Shown here in pieces: positions 37,990-49,316 of a stretch of 64,000 bases of DNA. Numbering within the stretch: the first letter of the stretch is position 1; each line of letters opens with the position of its first letter. The notes under the pieces were generated by a model that saw only the letters and a list, made by a program, of their open reading frames with translations, had not been told where the DNA came from and did no database searches. Made by a program: the position numbers and the translations under genes. The DNA is from a virus (lineage: Duplodnaviria > Caudoviricetes). The stretch spans positions 20,517-84,516 of IMG/VR virus record IMGVR_UViG_2711768098_000003. The stretch is one strand, 5' to 3'.

Positions 37990-38715
37990 TCATGCGGCTT
38001 CCCTGTCAGCGCGACGATTCGCCCGCACACACGCCACACAAAACCCACCAGCCTCATGCAACGCAGTCGGACGCAAAGGATCCACACCCTGCGAACGACG
38101 CCGCAACGGACGATCACACCCACGGCAATTCACCGGCAACAACGACCGAACCGCCGGCGTCAACACACCCGCCCGCTTCTGCCGCGAATAACATCCACGG
38201 CACAATGCGTGCACCATCGTCGCCCGGTGAGCCGTATTCTCCCCCAACACGATCTGCTCATCATCCGCAATGAAAATGCGGTCGCAGTCACTGCACGCGC
38301 CGCCTTCATCCGCATACGGTTCCGGTGTCACATCCGGGTGCACGATCTGATGCAGTTGAAAGTAGGTGGCGGCGTCGCCTCGGCAGACGACACCGGCCAT
38401 GATGCAGCCGTCTGCGACTCGTTCCCGTTTCTGGCCTTCGCAGGTTCCGATGGCGAGGGCTTCGGTGGCGCATTCGAGGAAGCGGGTGCAGGCGTTTCGG
38501 CATTGTGCTTGTGCGAAACGGGTTTCCGTTTTGTGGTGCCAAAGCTCATCTTCTCCTGGCTGGAGGAATGAGTTGGGGTTGGTGCGGCAGGGAACGGTCA
38601 CAGGTGGGTGCGGCTTTCTGCGAGGCGGTGTTCTGCGGGGTGTGCATGTCGAGTATGCAGTTACGCAGGGTTGCGCGTCAAGCTGCGCAGAATATCCGTT
38701 CCGGGTTTCATTCAA
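37990..38715 (-). CDS. WhiB-like regulator with extra Zn-finger pairs
   Basis: VPCR...AQAQCRNAC...ECA...GCIMAG, then CSDC, CRGC, CRGC and CVAC; start uncertain. Confidence 0.6.
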   Translation of the reverse strand: MNETRNGYSAQLDAQPCVTAYSTCTPRRTPPRRKPHPPVTVPCRTNPNSFLQPGEDELWHHKTETRFAQAQCRNACTRFLECATEALAIGTCEGQKRERVADGCIMAGVVCRGDAATYFQLHQIVHPDVTPEPYADEGGACSDCDRIFIADDEQIVLGENTAHRATMVHALCRGCYSRQKRAGVLTPAVRSLLPVNCRGCDRPLRRRSQGVDPLRPTALHEAGGFCVACVRANRRADREAA

Positions 38716-38950
38716 ACATGCGGTTGTGCAGGTGTTTCATGTTGCGGTGGTGTCTGATGCGGTATGGGGTGGTGTTGCGCAACCAACTTTGGTTGCGCGC
38801 CACTTGTGTCACACACGTCCCGCATTCACGGGTTCACGTGTTGTCCCGCAGCTCACTCGTCATCCTCGTCGTCGGTTTCCCCGCACACGTGGCATGGGTA
38901 GCTGCAGATGCGGCCGTCGTCGAAGTCGTAGTAACCGTCTTCGTCGACGC

Positions 38951-39820
38951 TCATGCCGCGTCCTGTTCGTCGCCGTCGAGGGCGGGCTGCAGGGGCGGCA
39001 GGGATTCGAGTTCACGCACGACGGCGTCCAATGCGGTCTGTGCTTCTGCGACGAGTACTCGGTCTGCGCTTGCGCTGTCAGTGAAGGGGTACGGCGAGAG
39101 CGCGTCAACACGGGCCTTGAACACGTTCTTGAGTCGCTCGAGTGCCGTGTGTGCGAGTGCGGCAGGATCAGCCGCAGGCTCCACTGCTGCAGCCGCGGCC
39201 TTCGCCTTACGCTTCGCAACGAACTCCTTGTATGCCTTCCGGCGATCCTCCGACGCGACATCCTTGTACGGCTGGAACGGATCGCCTGTGGCAGCTATGA
39301 ACGCGGCCGCAGCATCCGAGATACCTGATTCGCCGATGATCTTCTTGATGGCGCCCGGCTCGAGGTCGAAGTCGATGCCGAACAGGGTTCCCATGTATTC
39401 GAGGGTTTCCTCAATCTGCTTTACGGCAGCTTCTTTGACGGCTTCACTGAGGTCGCCGACTGACTGGATGCCCTCGGAGACGGCTTCGTCCACGGTGGGC
39501 ATGGGGTCGCCAGTCAGCCAACGCTTGGCCGTGAACGCCGTGTCCGCATCCTCCAACAGCTTCTTCGCGGCATCCGCGGCACGCTTCTTCGCGGCATGTT
39601 CTTCGAAGGAAACCTCACCGTCCGCAGCATGCTTGCCGGTCTCCACCTTCACCTCAGTAGGCGGCTTGAACCAGCGCTCCCCCGAAACATCGTTGCCGAA
39701 GCGGTCCCGCGTAACAAACCGGGCCATGTACGAGAGCGGCGTGGTAGCGAGAAGTTCGCGGACGGTCTTCGAGTCCTCGGTGGTGATGTCAGAGAATTCG
39801 AGGGTGAGGCTGTTGGTCAT
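38951..39820 (-). CDS. Hypothetical protein
   Basis: CCGAAAGAAG upstream of ATG 39820; Ala/Glu/Lys-rich. Confidence 0.6.
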   Translation of the reverse strand: MTNSLTLEFSDITTEDSKTVRELLATTPLSYMARFVTRDRFGNDVSGERWFKPPTEVKVETGKHAADGEVSFEEHAAKKRAADAAKKLLEDADTAFTAKRWLTGDPMPTVDEAVSEGIQSVGDLSEAVKEAAVKQIEETLEYMGTLFGIDFDLEPGAIKKIIGESGISDAAAAFIAATGDPFQPYKDVASEDRRKAYKEFVAKRKAKAAAAAVEPAADPAALAHTALERLKNVFKARVDALSPYPFTDSASADRVLVAEAQTALDAVVRELESLPPLQPALDGDEQDAA

Positions 39821-39909
39821 GTCTTCTTTCGGGGTTGCAGGTTTGGTTCGCCAACCGGGGCCGGCGGTGAGAATGGCGTAGGCGGTAGCCTCAAGACCGT
39901 AGGAATAGG

Positions 39910-40287
39910 TCACGCGGCGGCGGGCTTCGACAGCAGCGGTGCAAGCGCATCCACGACGGCACGGAACAGGGAATCCTTCACCTTCTGCCCGGCAGGGAGC
40001 TCGACGTACGGCACCATGCACGGATGCTGCTTCAGTGCTTCGTTTTTGATCGGCCCGTACGTCCAACCGTCCGCGAGCTTGAACCGCAGCCAGTTTTCGT
40101 GGGATTGCGCGGGTGTCGGATTCTCGGTGAGGGCATGGACAACTCCGTCGACCGCTGAATCCTCCTGAGATTGAGGAGCTAGAGACCACGGCGGCGAGAT
40201 GCTCGGCTCCCGAAGAACAATCTGAAGTTGCCGATTTGCTTCATGCACCACGGATGCGATGTCGTAGACGTCGAGAGTGTCAGTCAC
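39910..40287 (-). CDS. RyR-domain protein
   Basis: HENWLRFKLADGWTYG...KQHPCMVPYVELP...KVKD matches the RyR repeat. Confidence 0.85.
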   Translation of the reverse strand: MTDTLDVYDIASVVHEANRQLQIVLREPSISPPWSLAPQSQEDSAVDGVVHALTENPTPAQSHENWLRFKLADGWTYGPIKNEALKQHPCMVPYVELPAGQKVKDSLFRAVVDALAPLLSKPAAA

Positions 40288-41112
40288 AGTTGTTCTCCTG
40301 GGTTTCATGGATGCGGTGACGGCGGATGAAATCCTGTTTCGCGACCTCCAACATCGCGAGACCGTCGTAATACGGAATCAACTCACTGTCAGTGCCGGCG
40401 ACAACGAACTTGCAGGCGACGGATGGGCGGGCGTCGTCGTCGAGACCACCGGTGATGCGGATGCAATGTTCTTCGATGGCGAGGCTGGATCCGTTCACGC
40501 TGCCACCGGCTTCTTGAACAGGTCGGGGAAGATGTTGATGAATCCGTCGATGATGTTGCCTTCGTATCGCGGTGCGGTGAGGTGTGCGCGGGCGGATGTT
40601 TCGAGTAGTCGCCGCTTCTCCGGTGAGCGCCGTAGTTCCCAGCCTGGCGCCCAATGCAGCTCGGAGATTGACAGGCCGCGTAGCGCGTTGCCGTCGACGA
40701 TGACGAGGGTATTCACGGGCACACTCGGGGTCTCGGCAATGTACTTTTTGCCTTCGCCGATGGTTCGGGCGATGACAACCGGTCGTGCACTATCACGCTG
40801 CATGGAGACTCCAATCGATGTCATCACGGGTCGGGAAGTACATTGCTGAGACTCGCTGCCCACCGGCGGCCGTACGCGTCACCGTGACCGCCTCAAGCCG
40901 CCCATAGAACTTCCCCGATAGCGGCTTGTCGTCGATCAATAGCCACGGATGGTTCTCAAGGCTGCGGATCTCGTCACCCGACATGGCAGGTGACACGTCG
41001 ATGGCGGCATGCAAACCGTCTGGGGTGCGCGTGATCGTCCAGTAGTGGCCGCGCACGGCGAACCTGGTTTCGGTGGTGAAGTCCTCGTTCCACAGGTCTA
41101 TCCATGGAAGCT

Positions 41113-41571
41113 TCATGCTGCGAGCTCCAATCGGGGTGTCTCGAGTAGTACTTCGATGAGATGGTCCGCAAGCGGCGCCGCGATGTACGCGATGATTTCC
41201 TCGCGCGTCCGGTCATCCACCGACAGCCGTAGTGGCCGATACTTGCGCGACCCGAAATGCAGTTGCGCCACATACACGCCCACATGCACTGCTTCATGGA
41301 TGATCTGGTCGCGGTCAATGTTTTCGCGGTCAAACCACAACTCGCCGACATAACCGTCTACGAGTTCCTCGTGTTCGGCGTGGAAGAAGCATGCCCCTAC
41401 GGTGGCGCCGGTACCTTCGGGTTCGACGTCGGCGCAGGCTTCGTCGTAGGCGGTGTTGAATTCGGCTTCGGTGTCGAAGATTTTGATGTTGACGTGGTTG
41501 TCTGCGACGGGCTTTTTGAGTCCGGGGACGTAGACGTCTTGTGTTTGGGCGCGGAGTTCGGTTACGGCCAC
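41113..41571 (-). CDS. Hypothetical protein with HExxH metallopeptidase-like motif
   Basis: IIHEAVHVG. Confidence 0.55.
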   Translation of the reverse strand: MAVTELRAQTQDVYVPGLKKPVADNHVNIKIFDTEAEFNTAYDEACADVEPEGTGATVGACFFHAEHEELVDGYVGELWFDRENIDRDQIIHEAVHVGVYVAQLHFGSRKYRPLRLSVDDRTREEIIAYIAAPLADHLIEVLLETPRLELAA

Positions 41572-42219
41572 TGGTCAACTCCTGTGCCTTGATTTTGGCC
41601 AGTCAAGGCTGCAGCCTCGTCGAGCTCCAACGCTTCGAGTGCTTTGCGGACGAGCACCCATGCACCGTCTGCCTCCCGGTGGTCTACGAGCACCTCCCGA
41701 TAGGTCAGCGGTTCGGGGTAGTCGTAGACGCGGACCTGATACATGTTGATGTCACGCGGGTTTTCGATGCCGGTCATACGTCGGGCTTCGAAGTGGCCGA
41801 TGGTGTCGCGGTTGACGGCGAGGGCGAATCCGAGCATCAGAATCCTCCGCCGCCGGAGTCGCAGGACGATGAGCTGGAGCCACTGTCATAGCTGCTGGAG
41901 TACGACGTGGAGGCGATGATCGACGGTGTCGGGTCATATGTGCTCGACGCGGACGGATTCGACGGCCGCGGAGTACGTGCCGGTGCCGTTCGCGGCTTCA
42001 CCGATGGCTGACGGGCGCTCCGAAGCAAGGCTGCCTGCCGAACCAGGAACTGGCGCTCCTGCTCCGCCTGCAACAACGCAATGACGTCGAGCGGTTCAGC
42101 GTCGAGGTCGGACTGCCGCACCTCCACATGCGGCACATGCACGGCAGCGATCGACGTGTCATCCGCTGTCACGTCGATGCGGCCGGTCTTCCTGCGGCGG
42201 AACAGATCAAAGAAACCCA

Positions 42220-42609
42220 TCACTTACCTCCATTAAGGGTGAATTGGACTGCAGCGGCCCACGAAGCGAACTGCTTCGGAAGGCCTGGCATCGAGCCGTT
42301 CGGCTGGTCTACATACCAGCGACGGTCTCCGGCGTGGCTAGTTGACCAGATACGCCAGTCGGAACTCCTACGCCGGACGGATTCTCGGCGCCACTGTCGG
42401 ATGCCTTTGATGATGGCGATCGTGTTGACTGCCCCGTAGGCGAGAGCCGACAGAATGAACCCGTACTGCATGGTGACCAGTGCGTAGGCGATCCACAGGA
42501 ACTGCACCAACAGTCCGACGCCGTAGCCCGCCCACCGTGTGCCACCTTCGCGGGTCGTCAGATACAAGCCCGTGACACCGATCGCCGCAAGAACAAACGA
42601 CCACCACAT
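42220..42609 (-). CDS. Small membrane protein (PnuC-like transporter fragment)
   Basis: Three hydrophobic helices; QFLWIAYAL...QYGFI. Confidence 0.6.
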   Translation of the reverse strand: MWWSFVLAAIGVTGLYLTTREGGTRWAGYGVGLLVQFLWIAYALVTMQYGFILSALAYGAVNTIAIIKGIRQWRRESVRRRSSDWRIWSTSHAGDRRWYVDQPNGSMPGLPKQFASWAAAVQFTLNGGK

Positions 42610-43730
42610 CAGACGAGACTGATATCAGAAGGCAGGCCAGCCTGCGTCACATACACGAGCGCACCCTGACGCGACTCCGCACCCGTACGCTCCCGGTAAT
42701 AGTTCGAACCGCCATCCAACGTCGACGACTGAATTCGCGTCCGAGACTTCGTCGTCTCCAACTCGAACGTGTGATAATGCCCGTGCACCAGAAGATGCGC
42801 GCCACCCGGATTCTGGCCGTGGAACGACTGATCCGCCCACCAATCCATAGCTTTGCCGCGCCTCCACTGATGGCCGTGCGCAATCGTGAAGATCGTGTCG
42901 CCGGCGGGAACCGTCATGTAGCCCTGTTCGGGGTCGGGTACGCGCACCTGGACGTGCCCGTAGGCGGACGTGTTCCGCTCGAGGCCTTTCGCTACCGAGT
43001 TTGCGGCGTGTGTTGCCCAACCGTCACCAGGGCGTGTTGTCTGAAACCTCTGCGCTTCATCATGGTTGCCGTTGACAACATCCAGCAGCAGTTCATCCGT
43101 GTCGTCGACGAATGCGTCGATGGTGGCGTACAGCAGCCGTTCGAACACGGCGATCTGTTCGGTGAGTGTGAGGTCGGTGCGCCACATGTTGCGACCAGAC
43201 TGGGACTGGTTGCCTTCGATGCAGTCGCCGGGGAACATGAGATGCACTCCGCCGATACGCTGGCGTTTACGGAGATCGAGGTATTCGCAGCGAGCTCGCT
43301 CGAGGCTGTCGAGGTAGCGGGTGATGATGCCGTCCGTACCGCCGTTATCCGATTTTCCGAGTTGGGTGTCGCTGGCCTGCATGTTGAAGAATGCGGGACC
43401 GCCCTGCACAGGCGTGTGCGGCTTATGGTTCTCGATCAGCTTGATGAGCGCGTCACCAGTCGTCCGACCCGACCGCTTACGGATCGTGAACTTGAAGTAT
43501 GACAGCCAGCGTTCGTCGTAGGTCTGCCAGCGGCGGGTCTGCGGATCCCCGAAGATTTCGACCTGTTCGGGGTCGTATCCGAAGAATTTGAGGAGTTCGT
43601 CGTAGTCGGTGGGCGGGTTTTCGACGGGCGCGGTTTGGATGAATCCGGTGATGCCGTCGAATTCGGTGGATGCCTTGTATTTTGGTTCTGTGGCGACGGG
43701 TTGCGCGGCGAGCTGCGCTGCGATGCTCAT
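42609..43730 (-). CDS. Calcineurin-like metallophosphoesterase
   Basis: SDTQLGK, GDCIEG, GNHDE, HGH and HGHYH motifs. Confidence 0.88.
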   Translation of the reverse strand: MSIAAQLAAQPVATEPKYKASTEFDGITGFIQTAPVENPPTDYDELLKFFGYDPEQVEIFGDPQTRRWQTYDERWLSYFKFTIRKRSGRTTGDALIKLIENHKPHTPVQGGPAFFNMQASDTQLGKSDNGGTDGIITRYLDSLERARCEYLDLRKRQRIGGVHLMFPGDCIEGNQSQSGRNMWRTDLTLTEQIAVFERLLYATIDAFVDDTDELLLDVVNGNHDEAQRFQTTRPGDGWATHAANSVAKGLERNTSAYGHVQVRVPDPEQGYMTVPAGDTIFTIAHGHQWRRGKAMDWWADQSFHGQNPGGAHLLVHGHYHTFELETTKSRTRIQSSTLDGGSNYYRERTGAESRQGALVYVTQAGLPSDISLV

Positions 43731-46654
43731 GCGGCACGCCGGTAGCAGTTGCAGTCACGGCGCGCATGAATATTCAACGCAGACGGCGAATACGGGAACC
43801 CCGACGCCTCCAACGTCCGATACAACCGATTCCGGGTTTTCCCAGCCTCAATGTGTTCGTTGATGGCGTCACGATCCTCTGCAGCCTGCTCGGCAATCCA
43901 CCGGCCGGGACCGCATGGTGTTTTGGTGGGGCGTTCAGCTAACGCGGCAGCAATGCTCATCCGGTGACCACCAGGACGGCATCGTGGGGTGCGGTGACGG
44001 TGAGGCGACTGGAGTAGTCGGTGTCTTTCGACTGGACTACGTTGACGGGCCATGATGGGAGTGGGTGTGCTTCGTCGGTTTGTCCGACTGTGATTCCCCA
44101 GCATCCTGAGTTGTCGTCGAGTGCGACGGTGACCTGCATTTGTCCGCTGCGGCTGATGATGTGGAATTGGGCGTTGGCGCCTTCGTAGGCGTCGTATTCG
44201 TCGGGGCGGCCGTCGACGGTTACGTAGGCGATGTCGTCGGATGCGCCTTCGAAGCTGATGGGCTTGGTGGTCATGGTTGTGACGGTAGGGGTTTGGGCGT
44301 GTTGGTTGGTTTTGCAGTGGGGAAAGCCCCGTGAGTGTGGGTGGCTCACGGGGCTTTCGGATGCTGGTTATGCGGCTGCGGTGGTTGCCCATCCGTGTGC
44401 GTGGAGGATCGCTTCCACGGTCTCGTCGGTGAGGTGTTCGTTGATGCGCGCCCGGGTCTGGTCGTCGGCGTTGGCGATGATCGTTGCGAGGAGTTCGTTG
44501 GGGATGAGGGTGTTGGTGGTGTAGCCGTTGGCGATGCGCCAGTTTTTTTGGTAGGTGGCTGCGGCGCGGTGGCATGGGTCGCAGACTCCGGCGGGTCGGC
44601 GGCGGCATTTCTGGTAGCCCTTGTAGGTGCCGTGTTCGAGGCTGCTGATCGGCCAGGTGACGGGCGTTTCGCTCATCGGTCACTCCATTCGGGTGGGTCG
44701 CAGGTGCAGTCGTCGGCGGGATTCCGCCAGTCGGAATGGTCTTCGGCTAGGCATTCATCGCGAGGCCGACCATCCAGCCAACTCACTTTTTCGGCCATTC
44801 GTCGGGGTCGACAGCCTCACCGACATCATCACGATCCTCTTCGCCGTTCCACTCTTCGTAGAGTTGGCCGACTGCGCCTTCTTCGGACCAGACGGTGTCG
44901 CAGTCGTAGCAGCGGTAGCTATCGCCGTCGTGTTCGACGGAGCTGATGCTGCAGGACATTCCGCCGCATTCGATGCTAATTTGCATCGAGGGAGCCTCGG
45001 TGTACCGGACGCTCACTTCTCCCCCTCGTGTAGCAGTGTGGCGGGTAGTGCGATGTCGTCGACGTCAACCCCGAAGTCGCGGTGGAAGGCATCCCAGCCG
45101 TCGAACGGATACCACGTGGCTGTGCGGTCAACGTGCCACGGGTCGAGTCGGTAGGTGACATCGTTTGCGTCGAGGACGATGCTGCGGCGCGGCAACACTT
45201 TCAGGTCATCGAGTGTGCGCAGGCTCTGGGCGGGAGGACGCATCTCAGCGAGGCATTCGTACACGCCCTGCCAATCACCGTCACCGTCCCCGCCGATCAG
45301 ATGGTGCAACCCAGTCGCATGCAAGACATCCATGTTCAGTTCGTGAACGAGATGCCCGAGATGCTTGGCGCCTTCCTTCGTGCGGACTAGCAGGGCGGCG
45401 AGGCGGTCGACCTCGTCGAGCAGCTTCGGGACGTACCCGGCAAGCGTGTCGTCGTGACCATCTTCCCGCGACCACCGGTCAAGATTATGCAAATCCCGCT
45501 CAGTGACGGGGATACCGTCTCGGGGGCCTGGTTCGCGGGCTTGCATGATCGTGAACCGTTCCATGAGCCGTTCCGCGAGAGCGTGTTCAGTTGGGTAGCG
45601 GTCGGGTGATCGCTTGTCGTATTCGTATTCGGCGCGGATCAATGCTGCAAGGTCGTCGTACGTGGTCATAGGAGGTGTCCGATCAGGTAGATGATGCCCG
45701 CCCACACCACGAGTGCAGGGGCGATGGCGATAGCGAGGCCACGGAAAGCATTCGCGGTCACAGGATCACATTCCCTGCCACCAGGAGCGCACCCATGAAC
45801 AGGCAGGCGAACAGGAGGTGCATCCGCATCCGCCGCATCACGACGACACCACCTTGACGCGCCGCCCGTTCACGTCATGCGATGCCACCCACAACGCATC
45901 CGCTGCAGCGTTCTCGGCGGCAGTCGGCGCGGGAACCTTGTTGCCGGCGCGGATTACAAGCCCGCAACGGCACCACGTCGCATCCAACATAGGATTGAAG
46001 GTGACAGGCTGATGTCGGTCGGTAGAGCATTCGTTGCGGATGCCGATCATGTCGGGGTGTTCCGCTGCGATGAGGGTGCGGGATCCGAGTCTCATCGGTT
46101 CACGCTCCGCACATGCCCGAGGAAGCTGTAACCCGTCCAACCGCATGCGCACCGGTAGTGCGCCTCCGGCCTCCAAAACCGCAGTGACGTCAACAAGCGG
46201 TGACGATTCGTCATCAGCGGGCCGCCTTTGCATGCTGTTCAGCCGCCAACAAGGCTGAGGCGAGCTCGGCGGGACTGTCACCTTTGCTGATGTTCCAGTA
46301 GGACTGTGCGCCGTAGCGGACGATGCCGCCTTCCACGCGGACGGCGGGCATGTTCTCACCAGCGTCGTAGACTGCGGCGTCGGCGCTGTCGCGGATCGGC
46401 TGCGGCAAGGTGACATTGACTGTCCCGGCGTTCGGGAGTAGGGGCACAAGGGCGTCCACGATCACCGTCGCGGTGCGGTAGACGCGTTCCTGGTAGTCGA
46501 CGGTGTGATCCGCCAACGGCTGCAGTGGCGTGATGTCGTCACGGTATGCGCGGTCATCGGACTGCAGGTCGGCGTGCAAGGCTTCGGCGGCACGGTTGAT
46601 TGCGGCCGCATACGTTTCTTCATCCATCATGGGGGGTTTCTCTTTCGGTGGGGT

Positions 46655-46716
46655 CGCCCTGGCAGGGGCGGGGATCGTTCGACTGCAAGGTTACGCACAG
46701 TTACGCGCAAACGCAA
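46655..46716 (-). promoter_or_regulatory. SigA-type promoter with operator boxes + CTGCCA hairpin
   Basis: TTGCGT-N17-TAACCT (46716-46688); CGCCC-CTGCCA-GGGCG (46670-46655). Confidence 0.72.
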
Positions 46717-46722
46717 GGCCAG

Positions 46723-47679
46723 TTACGCGTCCTGGTCGAAAAGCGACGGCAACGCCAACTCCGACTCGAGGCCAGTCAAATTGTCGACCGCAGTCCGCCA
46801 ATAACTCGGCTTCAACTCGATCCCCACCGCCCGACGGCCCCGCTTCACCGACTGGTACAGCTCCGAACCGATACCCGCGAACGGCGTAAACACGAGCTCA
46901 CCCGGATTCGACCACAACCGGACACACCGGTCGATGAAGTCGAGCTGCAGCGGCGCGATATGACGCTCATCGCCCTGCTCCTTCGCGACCTTCGTGTTCA
47001 GCGTGTTCGTTTCCTTCACGCCGTGCCATACCGGGCAGATGCCGTCACCGTCGATCCATCCACCATCGTGATGGTCGGACCAGATCGGCGATGCCCAATC
47101 GATCCAGTCATCGTTGGTGACCTCGCCATCGACCGGCGTGTTCCTGACCGGTACAGCGTTGTCGCCGGGCTTCTTGAACAGCAGCAGGTAGTCGGCCATC
47201 GCCGGCCTCGACTTCGACGAGTCACGGTTTTTGGTAGCAAATGCGAGCGCATGCGCTTTGGTGCGGATCGACTGCGCCTGCGGGTCTTTCCACACAGTGA
47301 CCTCACCGTAGAAGATCCAGCCGACCTCCTGAAACAGTCGGATCACATCGCCGCGGAAGTCGGTCAAACCGATGAATCCGTCGACAGCCTTTTTTGTTGC
47401 GACCTGCTGGACGTGGATTGCAGCGTTGCGTCCGGGCTTCGTGATCCGCAACTGCTCGGCGACGATGAACCGGTAGTGGTCGAGGAACTCAGTGCGGGTG
47501 GCACTGTTGCCGAGGTCCCGCACCGAGGGACTGTAGGTGTACAGCGAGTCGAACGGCGGGGAGCAGATCGACAGGTCGACCGTGTCGGTGCCGATTTCGG
47601 AGATGCGTTCACAAGAGTCCCCGAGCATGAGAGTCCAGTTGGTTCCGGCGGCAGTGTCTGTGATGTACGGGGCGCTCAT
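46723..47679 (-). CDS. N4-cytosine/N6-adenine DNA methyltransferase (beta class)
   Basis: Catalytic SPPF precedes SAM-binding TPFAGIGS. Confidence 0.9.
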   Translation of the reverse strand: MSAPYITDTAAGTNWTLMLGDSCERISEIGTDTVDLSICSPPFDSLYTYSPSVRDLGNSATRTEFLDHYRFIVAEQLRITKPGRNAAIHVQQVATKKAVDGFIGLTDFRGDVIRLFQEVGWIFYGEVTVWKDPQAQSIRTKAHALAFATKNRDSSKSRPAMADYLLLFKKPGDNAVPVRNTPVDGEVTNDDWIDWASPIWSDHHDGGWIDGDGICPVWHGVKETNTLNTKVAKEQGDERHIAPLQLDFIDRCVRLWSNPGELVFTPFAGIGSELYQSVKRGRRAVGIELKPSYWRTAVDNLTGLESELALPSLFDQDA

Positions 47680-48977
47680 GCTGCAATATCCATTTCGGTT
47701 CGGGCTCGACGCATTTCAGCGACGAGGGCTTCGGTGATGTCGGATGCCGACTTTTCTTTACGGGAGATGTTGGCGGCGATCCGCGATTCAATGTCGGAGA
47801 GGATGACGTGCGCTTCGACGACGCGGGTTTGTCCGTAGCGGTAGCAGCGCCGGATGGCCTGGTAGTACTGCTCGTAGGAGTCGCCGAGGCCGACGAATGC
47901 CATTCGGGCGGCGTGCTGCCAGTTCAAGCCCTGCGATGCGATTTGAGGCTTGGTGATGAGGTATTGGATGCGGCCGTCTGCGAAGTTGAGGAGATGCTGG
48001 GCTTTCTCTTCGGCAGTGAGTCCTCCGTGAACGTTGACAGCCCCGGGGATGGCTGCGGCCAGCGCCTCAGCTTCAGCGTTCATGCCGCACCACAGGATCC
48101 ATGGTTCGCGCGGTTCGTTGCCGATGAGCTTCGCGGCCTCGTCGACGCGGGCGGCGAGGGTTTGCTTTCGGACCGCGGATCGGCCTGACACTCCCCCGAG
48201 TTCGGTGGCGAACAGTTGCCCTTCGGCTTCAATCTCGGATTCGACGAGGTGCGGGATGACTTCGAGGCCGGGCAGGTTGTATCCGGTGTCGTCGCCGCCC
48301 ATATCGGATGGTTTCGTGAGTGCGACTGCCCATGTCGCCATCCACTGCATCATCGGCGTTTTCGCGTGGCCTTTGAGCCGCCACCCGTCTGCATCGTGAA
48401 CAAAGTAGGCGGCGAGCATGTGAGTGCGGGACATGCGGCCAAGGAACTCGGCTTGATTGGTGAGTTCCTCGGGATCGTTCGGCGCTGGTGTGGCGGAGCA
48501 CGCGAGACGGTGCGGGACGAGCTGAAAGTGTTCGATCAGCATGGTGCGGGTTTTGCCGTCCGACTGTTTCAGAATCGAGGATTCGTCGAGGACGACTGCA
48601 TCGAACATTGCCGCCGGGAAGTGCGGCACCATCTCGTAGTTGGTGATCCAGATGCCTGGCCCGGCGATGTCGGCGGGGTCGCGGACGTAAGTAGCGGTGA
48701 CGCCGAGCTTCGCCGCTTCGCGGACGGTTTGAGCGCACACTGCGAGTGGCGCGACGATCAGTGATGTTTCACCGGACAGTCGCGCCCACTCGACTTGCAT
48801 AACGGTTTTGCCGAGTCCAGTGTCAGCCCATATGGCGGCGCGGGAGGTGCGGACAGCCCATTGGACGAGTTCGTTCTGCCATGGGTGCAGCATGGGGTGA
48901 ATTTGGTCGCTGGTGATGGTGCGGCCTGGGGTTTCGGCGCGTTTCGCTTTGCGGGCGAGGAAGTCGGCGTAAGTCAT
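47676..48977 (-). CDS. SF2 (SNF2-like) helicase
   Basis: DTGLGKT, LDESS, SATP, GLNWQ and QAIRRCYRYGQ motifs; coupled to the methyltransferase. Confidence 0.88.
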   Translation of the reverse strand: MTYADFLARKAKRAETPGRTITSDQIHPMLHPWQNELVQWAVRTSRAAIWADTGLGKTVMQVEWARLSGETSLIVAPLAVCAQTVREAAKLGVTATYVRDPADIAGPGIWITNYEMVPHFPAAMFDAVVLDESSILKQSDGKTRTMLIEHFQLVPHRLACSATPAPNDPEELTNQAEFLGRMSRTHMLAAYFVHDADGWRLKGHAKTPMMQWMATWAVALTKPSDMGGDDTGYNLPGLEVIPHLVESEIEAEGQLFATELGGVSGRSAVRKQTLAARVDEAAKLIGNEPREPWILWCGMNAEAEALAAAIPGAVNVHGGLTAEEKAQHLLNFADGRIQYLITKPQIASQGLNWQHAARMAFVGLGDSYEQYYQAIRRCYRYGQTRVVEAHVILSDIESRIAANISRKEKSASDITEALVAEMRRARTEMDIAA

Positions 48978-49287
48978 GGGTTCCTTTCGCATGCCCTGGC
49001 AGGGGCAGTAGTTCGGCCCCGACACGGGGTCGGGGCCGATGGACGGTCAGGCGTTGCGGCGGGCGATTTCCCGGTCGAACTGGTCGGCATCCCACAGTTC
49101 GCCGGCGAGCCGCGACCACTTGGCCCTGGATGCGAGTTCGGTGTCGGTGAGGGCTGCGAGGTAGGCGGTGTAGTTGCTGCCTGCGAGTGCGGCGAGCATG
49201 TCTCCGCGGGCTTCTTCGGCGGCTGCGGCGGTTTCGGCTGCGAGGTGGGCGGTGGCTTCGGGGGAGAGTGTGTTTGTCATGCCAGTT

Positions 49288-49316
49288 AAGTTACGCGCAA
49301 CCGTGCGCAACCACAA
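49288..49316 (-). promoter_or_regulatory. SigA-type promoter with operator boxes, probably leaderless into ATG 49280
   Basis: TTGTGG-N17-TAACTT; ATG begins 7 nt after the -10 element. Confidence 0.65.
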
